Source: Phoronis australis (taxonomy: Eukaryota; Animalia; Phoronida). From it: a DNA stretch of 64,000 nt. Made by a program: the position numbers and the translations under genes. The DNA lies in assembly GCA_002633005.1 (NCBI GenBank), contig NMRA01000248.1:1-64000 (forward strand). The letters are read 5' to 3'. Under the pieces are notes generated by a model, which saw only the letters and a program-made list of their open reading frames with translations, made no database searches and was not told the DNA's origin. Positions 22,201-38,200 of the stretch are shown in pieces; within the stretch, counting starts at the first letter, position 1; each line of letters starts with the position of its first letter.

Positions 22201-25200
22201 AGGGTTGGGTTGCATAAAACTTGAAAATTTATTCGCTGGAAAAGTTTGATTGTTACACGAAGTACATTATACAACATTAGCAACGTGACGTGTGCTAATG
22301 TGANATTTGCAATGACAGATAGAGCCCTGCTATTAATAAGTAATTTGACATTTACAAATGAAACTTTACATGTCGTTCAACAATGTGTAATCGTTAAAAA
22401 ATTATTAATTACTGCTCCCGTAGTATGCGGTTGCTGCGCAGTGCCACTAGATCCCATGATTATTGTCAACGTTAAAGATTCATGTCAACCCTTCCAAGTC
22501 ATGATGACTCAGGCGTTTCCTACCAGAAGCAGTCGCGCGTTAAAAACACCAAAACACATCGGTCATCACAATTCACTACCCTCCTTCTGCAGGATTGGGC
22601 AGGGGGCAGGGCGAACAGGGACTTTGCTCAATGCGGCAGTCAGCACACTGAACCACGAGTTTTTTCTGATTTAAAGCGGCATTGAACTCGATTTTTCTAT
22701 CAAAAATCAAGTTGTTATTTAGGTCAATTAACATGATGAAATTGATCTAGTCTTTTTCCTTAAACAAAATAGGCGAAATTCTTAGCCTGGACAGAACTAG
22801 CAATTCGGCAACTCTTTAGATCAAGTCCATAACGCCTGATCAGAAATTTTAGTAGCTTGGTCTATAGAAAAAAAAACTTATCTGTTCCTCTAGATTACAC
22901 AAATTCTTTTAAACTGAGCAAGGAACAAGTCACGATCATTTTTAAAACGGTAAGTGGATTAAATCAAAACTTGTTTTTGACAGAAAGCACGGGTTTAATG
23001 GCGGTTTAATTGAAATGAAAACTGTCTAAGTTCATGGCTAGTGACGGTCTTGTGCATTTCTGTATTTCTCGTAAATTTTTGGGCTCCCTTATCGTGAAGC
23101 ACAATTATTACAAATGATTAAATGAACAATGAAGTGCCTGCTATTGATATAAGTAGTAAAATTGGCTCCATTATCCTGCACTCATAATATTTATTTTGTG
23201 AAACTGCAAGTGTCTCTATACAACCCGTTTCCTGGCGTACTGACAGGATAGCACATTCCGTTTTAGTCGCGAAAACTTATTCTGCATGAAATCTCTCAAT
23301 AGCACAGACACGCGTCCGAATGATCATACTGATCAGGACTAACCGTTCGGAAACGGACTGCAAAGTTCGACTGCCTAAGTGCAGACAATAAACAAAAAAA
23401 GAAACCATGTGTCGTTAATTTAACTGTGAATTCGACTTTCTCAACACGAACCGAAGCAACAAATTAGTGATCTGTGCGAACCGCCAGTATAACACCCACT
23501 GGTAAATGAGTCTGTAGTAAGACACGATTGACTCACCTAATGTGACGTAATTGGTTAAAGCCATCCTACAGACTTAAAGGACCTATGCTGTTAGTTGTTG
23601 TCAGTAGACTCACAATATTCATCAGGGGACTAAACAAAGAAACATTCTGATAAGCATAGCTTTTTACAATGCACTGAACACGCCTCTGTATTCTTGGTGC
23701 ATGGTATTGGCTGTTTAGACACTGGTTCCATAGATTGGCCAACTGACCTGTTTCTGAAGCTTTGTAGGAGTATAGGAGTGTAGAGGTGGTGAAGACCTAT
23801 CTCATTCGAAAGCAGACAAGTTTAAAAAAGAACCAATGACGTCACGACCGTACATTTGGATTGTCTGTTACTGGAGGAAGGATATTAATTGATGACGCTC
23901 ACAGAGAGTGTTTCGCTATGCACATCCTATCCACTAGGGTTAAGTTGTTTCCAAACTCAGTGTTCTTTCAGAGGACAGGAAAAAGCCCGTCACGTAGTCT
24001 TATCTCAAGGGCAGTCATGGTTCGCCGGCCAAAGTTGTTTTATTTAAGATTGTATTCTCATTCTCGTACTATTTAAGACGTGTTTGTTGTGTCACTTATA
24101 TCTTTTTCATATCTTAGTACTTGTTAAACTTGCTTCTCTTAACAGTTGGAATTTTCATTTAATAGAATGTACTGAAATTTAAAAATCCACAAAAATTAAT
24201 GCGTTATAGTCGTTTTCAAAGAAGTGCATCCCTACGGCAGTAAAGTTTCAACGCCAAAAGGCCTAATTAAACTCTGGATTGATGAATTTGTGAACATAAC
24301 ACATTTAACTTCTGATGTGATTGACATTTTTGTCCGTTATTCGAATTAATATGATGCAATTTAATATTTGAATCGTGTATTAAAAAATTCTGCAGCAGTC
24401 ATTTTCAGCGGGTTGAACTACCGTGGCCACTGTACTCTCGTAACGTCATTCAAACTACTTTATTACCACTCCAGGCTCAACGTTTCCCTTTCCATCTTAA
24501 AGGGGTATTCCATGAGATGTTGATGGGAGGAAAGTGACACATTTTGAACAGCTATAAAATTGCCGTGTGTCAACGACCTTGCTTGAAATGGTTTTCTGTG
24601 AGCTTCAGCAAGACCACACTTCGTTTACTGTAAACCGGAGATTGCAATCCTCGTATTAGCAAAGTTTAATTTTTGCACTTGGTGAAAAAATTAACTTCGA
24701 CTGTGTACACACAATCCGCTATCCTTGGATAGATTACGTGGATCAAGAAAATGGTATAATTTACATATTTTGAAAGAAGGGTTTATTGAGCGCTAAAAGC
24801 GAGTTTTACGTGAGATGTTACAAGTTCGAGATTGTGTGGATGTTTAAGTTTTATGAGCTTGAACGCTATTATTCTACTGTGAGCCTCTGGTCTCTTATAC
24901 AATAGAAGACTGCATGTTTACTCCTACAGAGTAATTAGCGATTCAATATCCAAATACTCAATACTCCAGTTTAACAGTAGAACACTCCAGACTAGTAACA
25001 GCAGAGACTAGACGGCTCCCATCTTTTCTGGCTTATGATAAGCCATAGCAATGATGTGGAGTAACATATCATGTCTTAGCACTGTTGCTTTTGAAATATA
25101 GAGCGCCGGACTTTCTAATTCACAAACATCATGACTTTGAAATAACGTAACAACACTTGTATTGTCTATCATTTTTTGTCAACTAATTTCGGCGAACATC

Positions 25201-27792
25201 ACCCACGACAGGTCTGTGACACATAAAATGAACCACGTTTTCTGACAGATGCTCGCTGGTAGACTCGCGTACCGCAGTGTTTCAATATAAAACCTATGTA
25301 TTGAACACCTTAATCTAGCGAATAAGCATCTAAACACTGCAGTTCCGTTTTGATTAGCCGAATTATTAATTACAGAATGCCAATTTTGAACGTCACAGTC
25401 AATTAGTCTCTAACGAAATTCGGATAGAAATAAATAAATGTCACCCGGTCCATATAACCGTACCTTCCAAAACCTTTGGTATACAGAAGCCTTTTTATCG
25501 TATTCTATTTTGCCCGGGGTACGCCATGAGCTATGCTGCAGAGCAAAAGCAGATGAGGATTGCGAATAATGTCATTTATTATAAAGAAGTCTCTCCAAGA
25601 TGAGCATGGGAAAAACACCACCGGCGTGTACAATGAATTGCCTTTAATGGCGGAACCAAAACAAAAGACTTAAGAACTGCCTGAAGGGCCTAAAGAAAGA
25701 GAACAAAGAAAAGATTATAAACAAACGAAAAAACTGAAAAGGCCTACCAGAAAATGCATGATNGTGGAGGGGGGGGGGGGGGGGAGCAGAAGAAAAACGT
25801 AGGTCTTGTAGACGACGGGGTAGGTGGCTGAATTAACTAAACCACGTTAACTTGAACAAAGGAAATACGATTGACCAATCAGGTGTCGAGTAGAAAAATG
25901 CATGAATACAAAAGTAGATCCCTGAGGCTTTAAATAGAGATGAGTAATGCAAAATAAACCCTATGGATTTATATAAAAGTAAAAGTGACAAATGTCAAAA
26001 TAATGACGATAAATGCATTTAACAAATTAAATTTAATTTACAGAATATCCCCAATCGTGCCTGCCGCCGTTCCCATATTGTTGCCGTAACTATGGCGCTT
26101 CATTTGAAGCAGTCGTATCCAGCAGACAATATGCTTAAACATATACCAAGTATACGTCATATATCTTCCGCACTCACCCCTAGTCTTGTCTTTTTTGTTT
26201 GGTCGTAGGGCGTATTTTCAAAAATAGCGACGACACGAAAAATTTCTATGAATTAGCAAGTGAGAACACCCAAATCTCTGCACCTTTCATTTCACAAATA
26301 ATACATAGTAACAAGAAATTAAGTGAATAGAACGTTCACATCAATTTCTCTATCAGCTTCACCGCGTCACCATGCTTAACATAATAACAATAGAGAATTA
26401 CATTGCTACATGTATAATTTTCCCAGATACTTGATTTAACAATTTATTAGATTTTCGCCGAAGTACTAGAGAGAATAGGTTAATCAAATCAGAGTCCAAT
26501 ACTTGGGTAGTAGTAATGTAATTCTATATCATCATATCTTCATTAATAATGATTTGACCAAAATATCTATACACCACAGTCTAACAAGATGTTCGTCTTC
26601 CAGAGTTCGTAAGTTCACGCGAAACGTAACGTAAAGTATGTGACTACTAGCATTTATGTCCATAGGAGAACCATAGCCTGTACTGCGTATGCTATAATCA
26701 CCTTACCAAAACTCGTCGAGAGGAGTGATTAGGCGAGATCTGTTGGAACTTCTGTCGCCGTCCTCGATACAGCGTAATTCCTACAATTAACGATGATTTC
26801 ACAAATAGAATGTCATAATATTGATTATTGTTCATCAACTTGTGTAAGTAAACAGTGTTTAGTCTCAATTAACCACTTTATTTTTGAACTCGTTCAAACA
26901 TCAGCGAACTATCGAAATTATTTCCCTTGACGTCACATGTTGGTGGATCCCTCAAGGGAATCCTCGACGTTCATGACATCACCTCCGTTCGATGATCGTC
27001 GCATTTTATACGGGGACAACCGTACAGGAATACATGGCCGGTCCAGGCTAGATTTCTGGTTCGGGGATTGATGTGAGTCGGCATTTACAGCAGTTGTTTT
27101 GTAACACTTACGTTGATTTAGAAACGGACTTCTGCCTATGACAGGAATCGCTAGCCACCATGTTTACAGAAGCGCCATCTACCGAGCAAAACGACAGAAG
27201 TGAACTATTTTTTCGTAGACTAATATACTCCGTATGAGTAAGAAAATACACGCTGGCTTACCTAGTAAATGGACCACCAGGCATAAAAACTTATAATGTA
27301 AGACTTAAGTTTTAAAGAGGCACCGCTGTTCGAATCTTGAATAACGATACCTTATCTAGTGAGATTGCGCGTGCTCTCGTAAGTTCAATCTACAAGTTCG
27401 TGCAATAAAACAAATTGGAGGCGTCTTCCACGTGCTCTGACCAGGTGACTGAAAAATTACATCAATCACAATTCCATTTGATTCTAGACAAATCATTATT
27501 TTTTAAATTCTGGGAATTCAAACTTCAGTCACACAACTGAATTTGCATTTCTTTCCAAAAGAATGGACATTTAGTGTTCTCTTCGTATTTGTAATGCTAA
27601 CTCGCGTTCTTTTACAAGTTTTACCGTAAAGTAACAATTAGTCTTCGTTGAAACAAAAGGTACCCACTCGACCAAGGGCTAACGGTGGCGCTGCTCGTAC
27701 CGATTAGGCACATGATTCATTCATTGTCATGAAGATTACCCACATAGGGCTTCAGTGGCGGATTTAAGGNGGGGAGGGCCAAGGGAGCCATG

Positions 27793-27875
27793 CACGTGTT
27801 CCCATTTAAAAGACAGGGCATCTCACGTAATCTCGACAAGTCTTGCTTTTAAGCGAGGTGCTAGCGTTACTGAAC
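27793..27875. mobile_element. Partial inverted copy of the 35075-35213 MITE family
   Basis: TCTTGCTTTTAAGCGAGGTGCTAGCGTTACTGAAC is the reverse complement of the family left end. Confidence 0.65.
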
Positions 27876-30800
27876 TTCACCCAGGTCTTTGATGGACAGA
27901 AGTTCAGCGCCACCTACAAGTCTCATGTAATGCAGACAGAAGATTTCAACCTGGTATAAAATGCGTTTTACACCTTTCCTGGCATGATAATGCGAGCAAA
28001 TTTTCATTGCTGCAGGGTAGTAAGTATTGATGTCCTACGAAAAAATACAAGAGTTTTGAAATATCAGTGGATGAACAAGAACATCATGTTCATACATTTC
28101 CCGCTGTGAAGAAGTATCCGCGACAAAGCAAACGGTGTTAAAAAGTTAAAATAAATCAGTGAACTTATTAAGCAATCAAACATTGAGAGAGGATGACAGA
28201 GTAATTTAGTCCTCTACTTTTGAATTAATGAACCGCTATGTAGTAACTGAATTTCTGTCCACCAAATCTGAGTCGGGGTCAATCGGAAGTCACTTTTGTA
28301 CTCTCATAACTCTAGAGAGCGCCAATATGAAAAGTTCCTTATCAAAGAATGCCTTGATTAGATAAATACAACGAACTGAAGGTGACTTTATTGGCATATA
28401 AACTAAATAACTCGTGATACGTTAACGGAAGGCTATTTTGAAATGGAAGACTATTATTCAGCAATACATGAATTAATGTTACATCATATCAGTTTAAAAA
28501 AAATGAAAAAAATACATACGCTTGAGAATTTTCATTTAGTTCCTATCGACATTCTCATCCCAAACATGTTTTTGTACTCATTTTCTCAAGTGACGCTACT
28601 TGTGTTTTGACAGTTATCGAGTGTTTCTGACCAGATCACCCCCAGAGTTTACTCATAAAAAGTGCAGTTTTCATACATGCATAGTTTGCTACTCCGTCGT
28701 TTTTGGAGCTGACGTTCGCCGTTTTCCGTTGCTGCTAACTAAAACACCGCGTACATGTGATCCTAGGGCGTACCCATACTCATGAGGGTCGGTGAGGGGA
28801 GAACCCATTTTCCCCGCAATGTTCGACGACTTCAATTAAAACTTCGCCTGACTTAGTAAAAATAAAATTAAAAGACATCATTTTGTTTTCTTGATCAGAA
28901 ATTTTGATTTATAAATTTTAGCTGTACTGTTTCTTTGAACTGTTCAGGATAATGAATCAACTCATTGGTTCTAAACTGATATTATTTGATATTGGTGCAT
29001 TTAATGTGGGGATTTTAAAATCATTGTGGACAGTTATCGGCTCGTAAACATCCGGTGACATATTACATAACTTATGGACATTTGGAAAACAACAGCGCGT
29101 AGATGAAATCTCCCGAGTTGCCACACGACGTCACACCAATGAGCGGAACAACACAGGAATTTCCCTGTATAGCAAATCTGTGTGGAATATCGAATCATAA
29201 CTACACATAACGACGTTACCACCATTCGAACGTTGTAACTGTGAGTCGGAATTAACATGGAAACAGTTTCAATAGACGACATTTATCCAATAATTTCTTT
29301 GGGGAATAAAGTGGATAGGCAGTCTTTCCGACCGAGGGATCATGGTTTATTGTTTATACTAATGAAAGATGATAATAACCTTTGGGCAAATGATCAAATT
29401 CCTGTTGTGTGATTGAATCAATCAAAAGAGTCCAATAGGGAATACAAAGACAAGCTTCCTTAACGCAATCGCATGACGAAAAAGTTGTACGATTTATGTA
29501 AAATTGTCCGTTAATTAATTACACCATTATGTGATTCGCTGAATCAGTCAAACGTGACAACCGTAAATATAATGACGTCAGTTATCATATATGCAGTTAA
29601 AGAGTGTCACATTTCGCTTATGTTTTACGGTTTCATTGACATAATAATATATGAAATTTACCCGGGGTTACTGAAAAGTCACCACTGATTAAATCAAAGA
29701 TTGGAATCCTTTTGAAAATGGAACAATTTCGTTGCACGATGTCAGTTTTATGTTTTAACGGCTGTTAATATTTTTCACGGTTTATTGATCTTCTCACGTA
29801 AGCAAAGATTTGCCGATTTTGTGTATGCCTTCCTCGAATATTAGACTTTTGGCTTTTACACACAAGGTTGTACAATTTAAGTTGTTTCTTAACTGTTTTA
29901 TTTTAATGCCTCTTGTGGTTAATATGACAAGTGTGTCTATTCAATTTAGGTCTTGACCTATTTTACTTCAAACAGCGTCATAAAAAGAATGCTCATTTTT
30001 TCTCAAAACCGCACCAATGGTTCAAGTTCAAAATTGCCCCGCTGCATTTCACTAGATGGCGATTATGCTTAATTGATGAGATTGTAAAAAAATTTATGTT
30101 CGAAGTATGTCCCGAAAATGATAGGTGTGTCACAAGCTGCGTAATATATTATGACTGACAACGATACAGAAATGTGAGTGTAAAATAATAAGTAAACATA
30201 AAATAATAATCTCTGGAAAGATGGGCAATAAAAAGCGCAGTTGATGCTAATAATCTCAGCCGAAAAGTTTCTTCTTTGCCATTGGTACTATAATGTCTAG
30301 GCTTCTCCTAATATGGTATGATGTCACTGGGGAATTTAATGTCGCGCGGTATACTTTAGCGTTATATTTACAAAACCCAACGCAAAATCATTTACAAAAT
30401 AAGCAAACATTTGTTTGAAATTAATGTTTTATGAATAAGTCAAAGTCGTATAATAGTGAATGTTTTGCGTTTTCTTGTCAAACTGTGTCGAACTTGAACC
30501 CATTTTTATGTTTGCACAAAAATTGACTAAACGCAAATCGACCTAAAGGTCATTGGGAAAAACCCTTGAGGGCAATTCATGATCCCTAGAAAACTGAATG
30601 TAATATTTCCTCGGCAATGCGAAATTGTTTTAGTAGAAATATCCTTTTTCAAGAGACATGGAACGCGAAAGCTCGTCAAAATATCCTTTAATCAATTCCT
30701 GTCCAAAGTCCCATCTCGCAACGTTTAGTGCAGAGTAATTCATTCTCTCCTGTAAGGAAATTTCTAGAAAAAATTGCAAAATTCACGATTTTTGAAATAC

Positions 30801-33800
30801 GCGCAAAAGAAAAACCTTGTGGTTACCACAGGGGTTCTAATTTGCTTCCACTTATGATAAATGCGCGCATACGCTCACAGTCAGTTGCTTGAAGTCACAA
30901 TTTCCACATAAGAGAAATGTGCTACGCGTTTGTCTTGCCATGCCAAGTAGGGAGACGTGCTTTGTCTTGTGAGAGTAAAATCGACAAAGTGGCGAGCTGA
31001 TCGTTTTTTCAAATTTGAAACTAAAAGTATATGCTTTAATATCAACAGAAATTAAAAATTTTTAATGAGAAACGAACGATTTTTTATACCTGGTGAGCAG
31101 GTTGAATTTTGTTTCAGTGGAAGAGAACTACTTTCAATATTGCAATTTAGTCTGTTTATCGCGTTCCAGGCCTCTTTAACAGGAGGTGAATCCAGAACCA
31201 AGGTTTTGCAAATTAGCGATCTAAATTCAGAAACTATGTTCACTTTCAATACACAGCACTCGTTCATTGAACCTGGAGGGTATTGACTGGTGCCAAACTG
31301 ATATCGAAGATTTCAGATATGATATTTTGATAACAGGGATTCGATTCCGGCCAAGGCTCAAACTCCTCAGAAATCCTTTTGGAAATGATTGTGTTTCGTG
31401 CCAGGGCAGTGACATTTTAAGGCAGTGCAAAACCCTTCAATTTAAAAACCCACGTCATTTAGCGATATGTTCATCATTATAGTGGCATTGTTATCTAAAT
31501 CACTGATTTTTCTGTCATTATCATTGTAATAGCAATACGGAGAAATAATTAACAATACACGAAATACATGCGGAAAAACATGTAGAATTGTACGTTGGCG
31601 ATCCACATTCGAGCAAACGTAAGTCATCGCATGCACGCGGGAGAGCAGACAATAAGGTTGATGGGCAAACGTACTGACAAACCCACACTCCGATAGATAT
31701 GCCGACGCACATATAGGCAAACGGTGTAGATACAGCAAGGAAAGTGGTCCCTGAAATAACACGTGATTACATTTTATTTTAGACCAGTCTTCTAACCTAT
31801 ATCGTACATAATAGGGCTCAAAGGGACCTCGCCGCTGTGTTAACAAAATCCTAAACAGCGAATACCTCTCAAGCTGACCTGTAAACGGAATTTGGACTAA
31901 ACGAAAGCTTATAACTTTTGACTACTATTAGACACATTACGATGCATTTTATGGTATGACCACGAACACAGGTGTGGTCGGTTCCATCTGCGGACGGGCG
32001 GTTTTTCAAATCCAATAAATCGCTTAGTTAATTGGATAGTAATAGGTTCAAAATACCCCACCAGATGTGCTCAGCGCCACAAGGCATTGTTTTTAATCTT
32101 GAAATCGTTGTCACCAGGTTAGTTTTATTGTATGCAAAATAAAAAGTGACGCACGCGCTCTTCTCGCAGTTACCTTGTTCACTGAGGGAAACAATCGAAT
32201 TGCCTGAAATAGTGGACATAGACTATGTGTGCCGATATTAAAACGTTCCGAAAATCTACTGTCGCATGAACATACCGGATTGTGAGAAATATTTATCGTC
32301 GGTAACTCACGTGTGATACCCTGATTTTAAAAACGATTCGCATGCTCTTCACGGTTGCAAAACTGCACCGCTTGGAAATAAATTTGTTTTGTTGCCCAGA
32401 ATGACTGTGCTCCAAAATTAGCGTACGTATCTTAGTTTAAGCACACTGTAGTAAAGAATGCATAGTAGGCTATGTTTGGAACAACGGAAATAGTGTCAAT
32501 ACCAAGCCGATAATGTATTGGTTAAAACTTCTGAAATAACTCTGTTGAGAGATTCCACACTCATGTTAAGTGATTCTGGATATCTGGCGTCATCCTAATA
32601 GCCTTCGCTTCTCCCAGTTTTTTGGCATCGAGTAAGAAATTATATTTTTATTACAACATGGAATAGGCTTCCTTTCTCCATTCGCTGGAATGTTTCATAG
32701 TTGGCGTCGCTCTTATCAACATTACCAGGGCACCTCCTGTAGCCAAGATGTTAAGATAATACAAATCGCGAGCTGGGAATGTTTTGATGTAGACGCTTAA
32801 TGACCTTAAAAAAATAAGGAAAATCACGTAAACAAAATTGGTACAGTTAAAAGCTCTTTTCCATAATCGTTTGAAGTTCAGTTTTGAAAAAGCCAATTTT
32901 GCGAAAACAGACCTCACAACTAGTGATCTTTTAATGGAAGTCTTAACTGTATCTGACTGAAGTCATACACGCAGCTCCGGCCTGCTTTCCGCAATTCTAA
33001 TACCTTGGTCTTGCACTGGCGGCTCGCTTGTAGAGGGGAAACAATGAATTCTATCCCATAAGACATCTGATTGGTTTGTAAGCCGGAAGTTGTCATCAAG
33101 AACCAATCTTAGCTGGCTGAATCATCGGTCGGGATATCAAGGGCATTCTATGTCTATCATAATCGTCATCGTTGCCATGATCAGCTGCGTTATGGTCGTC
33201 GCCGTCGTTCTTCAACGTCATTGCAATGGACGTTCTAGCCACCCTCTTCATCGTTCTTTTTGTCATTAAAAGCATTATTATTACGATTAAAAGCTTAGTC
33301 CCATTTGAAGTCATTCGTTTCTTAAAAATTGAATGTTCTGGTGTTCTTTACTCAATCTTAATACTTTTTAACTTTTTACGTAATTTGGGGGGAACAGTTC
33401 CACAAATTTCCCAGACCCAGTACCAAACCAGCAGACACCAACCCCTAGATACAAAGTCCACTCCCCTAAACACCACGTACGTGCCAAAAAAAGAAACTGC
33501 GTACACGATGACCTAACTAAAGTACCGAAGGCCAAAGCCCAGTCCCGGGACCAGCCCGTGTGAAGATTCTGGAGTTTGGTCACCGTGTATGGAGCATTCA
33601 TGGTGCGTGGGAAAAGTTTAAGGGCGCGTCTGCTGAGTTAAGTAGAGGGTCGTAGCTGGTAGATTCGTGACCAATGAAATCATCCATTTACAGGTACTCA
33701 CAACAAAACAAACAGCAACACCATGAATATTTACAGTAATGATATTTATCATAATTATAAAGACAGTGTTGATAAAGATGTGAAGAGTTGATACTGTTGG

Positions 33801-35074
33801 AAATGTTGAATATCACGGTGAACACAGAATGAAATATTTTCATTTTCCATTTTCAGGGAGCAGAGTTGGGCATTACGGAACACATATATCGACGTCAGAT
33901 TTGTTTCAAAAGATATTGACCATATTAGGCACACGCCAAAAATCAAGGTTTTACACAACGTCGCTGCCAAAACGAACAATCTCATCGCAGCAGTGTCTTC
34001 GTCACTGCAAGGTGACAGGAAAAAAATCCCACTTCATATGCAAGAACATTTGTTTCTCGTAGAGGTAAGTGATTTCTAAAACTATTGCTACGCAAGTTCC
34101 GTTTTATTTTGTCTTCCATTATCGCACACGTGTACGTACGAGTGCGAATGAATTTTGTATTTTAGATTATTACGACTTGACATTAAATGTGCACATCCGT
34201 CGTTAATGATCACTGTCCATTTCCTCTGCACAAAACCGAGATGAAACGTCGTTTAGACGCACTTTTACATTTTCATTCACGTCCAGTTAGCGCAAGGGTT
34301 TAATTTTTCTTACCCTGAGCGGCAATGTGATAATCTATTCAGACATGCTTAGTTATGTAAAAGACCATTGATTTATTAGCGTGACGGAATAAACGCGTTA
34401 ATTACTAATGGATTGATCATTCCACGCAGACCTGCGTCATTGCACTGGCGTTCACAATGTTGTCTGTTTGACTGAAAGCAATGTGTCTTGTGTAGTCTGC
34501 ATTGATGGGGCGAAACAGCTAGTGAGTAGCTATTGATGCTACTGATTCGATATATTATTGCAAATAAGACTGTTTGACTTTCTCACACTAATTTGTATTT
34601 TAAACATAAGATTGGGACATATCCACTTGCATAATGATGTGGGCCCGGAAATTATTTGGTAAAAACGAATCGGTAGCACTTCGTAATGGTTCTGTTTCTT
34701 TCTATTTTCAGAATAATTGGTTTGGATAAGAACACGGCTTTTGACTTACATCCGAATCGAAATGGCAACTTCGCTGTTGACTCTGCACCGACTGTGCAAG
34801 CCAAATGATTTGGACCAGCGGAACACGCGGCTACGAACATGAGGACTTCCGGCATGGTCGGAAACGAATGACATTCTTCATTCAAACACCCTGGTTACTC
34901 GAAACGAAACAATAAAACAGCACTGAACTAGAACTGTGTAACTACTATCAGCTCGACCTTGACTTCGCGATTTCATCATGGGACATTTCCTGTAACTTTC
35001 AAATTGCCACATCGGAAGTTAGATTCCCACGTATAATGAACGAAGGCAAATTAAGAGGGGCTACCAGCCTCCCC

Positions 35075-35213
35075 GTTCAGTAACGCTAGGACCTCGCTAA
35101 AAAGCAAGATTTCGCGAGATTACGTGAGATATTGCCGTGTATTTTAAATGAGAACACGTGACTTTGACTAGGGTTTAGCTAGGTTTTAGCGTAGGTCCTA
35201 GAGTCTACTGAAC
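35075..35213. mobile_element. Short MITE family, full copy
   Basis: TIR GTTCAGTA-(N)-CTAGGACCT; related copies at ~6818-6950 and ~27793-27875 (inverted). Confidence 0.75.
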
Positions 35214-38200
35214 GCACGCCAGATTTGTTGTTGAAGCTAGAATACATGTGACGATCAAAACATATCAAGACATAGTAATGTTAATTATTTATTATGTGTG
35301 CAACAATTGTAATCGACAACGATTAAAGCAAAACCCAGGCTACACTAATTTTCCCCGTGTGTACCGTTGTACTTTAGTTATGATTTGATTAGGAGATGGA
35401 GTATTTTCAGAATCAAATAACTTCAAGTATAGTGTGTTGATATTCGGCTAAGCCAATATTTTTTAAACAGATAGCTGCCACCAAGTGTTATTTTTCATTT
35501 CGATTCCATGTTGTAGTTTAATGGTTATTGTGAGTTACAGTTCCGTTGAGAGCTGAAACTGCTGAATCCCTGTCATAGCAGCACCATTGCGTTATCTGTT
35601 ACCTGAAAACGCTCGCAAGCACAGATCCAGGATGCATGAACGGAAAGTTCAACAATTGACCAGCATAGAGGGCGCTTGGAGGTCGTCTGCCACAAACAAT
35701 GTTAACATGGTCCCCTGGACACTCGACCTGGACCCGCGTCTGCTGAAAATAACAATAACTTGATTAATTTTGCTTTGTTTTAAGTTTGGACTGAATGAAC
35801 TTGTGAAGCATAACACGACATCTGTCGGACACACAAGCAAGAAGATAAAGGGTTTCAGATGGTATCACCGATCCTGCCTTGACGCTCAAGCACGGATGTC
35901 AAACTCGATTTACTTATCTTCGTATCTACTTTAATCACTGCCGATTGAGCAGACGACAAGTAGCTATTTTTGATCTGACTAAGATCACTTTGCAAAAATA
36001 AACATAGATTCATTGTTTGCATGTCACAAATATCTCAATTCACCTTCATTGGCGCTCATGGTAGCTACGTATCTGACACGCAGTGGAGTGAAGCACAGCT
36101 CCTATAAATCGCCTTCATAGTTGGGCTTCGTCATCCCTTCTGATGTCAAATACTTTGTGTCAAACTAACAAACCTTAAATTTGTTTTAACTTCACAAATT
36201 ACCGTTGAGACAAAAAGTGAGTGTCGTTCGTTTTTAAGTCCGAGGTATTTGTTTGTGTATGTTGGCGGGAAATTTTCTTCAATGACGGCGCTATTGAACA
36301 CACCAATGACTTCTGCCCATTCTAGCTTCCGCAGAGCCCTTTCGTATTGGCTACGCAATGCAATGTACACGAACAGCATTGTGCGCCCATCCAATTAGTG
36401 CGTTATTCCCGACAAACTTATGAGAGACCTAGAATCGGCAGAAGCCTGCGTTGCGCACAATAGCACCACAGGCAGCGAAACTCGAACGTAAACAGCAGAT
36501 AACACACGCCCGGTGGACGACGTATCATTTCCAAGTATTTGGACCACTTTTAAATGATCATTTAACATTCCAGTATTTCGACTGGGAGTTTTACGTTAAT
36601 TTGGCAAGTTTACAAAGTGTTCGGAGTTTTCTTTAGTAAATTGGTCAAATACAAGAACGCAATTCGGGGATTTCATCTACGGCTAAACTTCCTCGATTAG
36701 CGAAGCTAACTGTCGTTTTTCATTGCATTATGGGACGGTTGTTGACTCAAAAACATCCGGTGACACCAAAGAAAACTTGGAAACTTGCAAACAACATTAT
36801 GACAAAAAACAATACTTGTCACTTGAGCTCAACATAACTGAAAGCACGGGTGCAGCGAAACATGCCATTTGGTGCGAGTATAACTAACCAACCATCACAT
36901 AGCTTCAAAATTCATCGAATGGATGGATAATCAGACTTGATAGTAGTCTCGAGGCATGCGCCACCCAATCATGCTTAAAGGAAATCTCACCACCTGAAAC
37001 GCAAGATCCACGTTTCGTAGACCCAAACAAATCGAGAGAACGTAAGTTACGCAAGTCTTCGTGAGATATACAAGCCAATTATGTGATCACACCAGCTTCA
37101 CGAGCTAAATTCTTGCGTCACTGCATGTTTACGAGCCTAGAACGATCCTCGAATGTATTTTGAAAAACAACCGCAAACGCCATAGAAGAGATCTCCCGAA
37201 TTCTTTGCATTAGCCTCATTTGGCAGGTCTTTAATTTATGTTCTTGATTGAATAAATGAGGACTAGAAGGTTACCATGAATTTATAAACCTACTTAGTCT
37301 CATTCAAATTCCAATGTATTGCTTTATATGAATTGAATTTTACCGCCTAATTTTGTGTATTCAACAACGTAAGCCAGAATAACAACTTTCTCTGTTTGGC
37401 AAAGTGCTGTGAGATTTTGTCTTAATATCAAGTATCATTGAAACGTTAAATTATTTAATTCTGACGACGACGACGACGAGTTATTCATTTATTATTATCA
37501 TTATTATTACTATTATTTAAATAATCATTTGAGTTCGTATTTATAGATTTGGCTGTTTATTATAATGAACACGTATGTATTTTGGTATCATAAAACTGTT
37601 TAAAACTTCTCCTTTATCAAAGTGCGTTTTACTTTTAGCAACATTCAACATAAACTCAAATTCTTGCAACGGCTGCACTCAGCAGACGCAAGACTCTCGC
37701 GAAAGAGCGAGAGTCCGCAAGTCTTCACGAGATATCGCCATACATTAGAAGCAAAGAACGTGGCCACTCTGGGTTTTCTTTTACGAATCGCAACCCTGGA
37801 ACACAGCGGATATGTTTTAAATTTCAATTAATTACTTTCATATAGCACAACGAAATGGTCCTTTTCTCTGGTAATAGCCAGAGCACACTATAAGCAACTT
37901 CCCGTTCACGCTCTAGATCGGTTGTTCAATAATGATTTCCATGGAAACGAGAGGAGATCTTGTCATCAAATAAAATAAACGTAATTGAAATACTTAAATA
38001 AAATCTGGCTAGCATTCTTGTGTAGTCAGCGGTCAGTCACTTACTGAACCAGATAAATGAACCATATCAATGCTGTGAACTGAGTCTTCAAAATTCATTA
38101 CGACAGCTGAAGCGTCATCATTGCAGACAATTATGATGCTGAATTGTATTAAACATTCTGTAGTGTTTGAATGAAATAAATTACTCTTATGCTTGTTACA

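Noticed and set aside
28068-28135. Possible small exon (DEQEHHVHTFPAVKKYPRQSKR)
   Set aside because: Weak donor and incompatible end phase; no other support.
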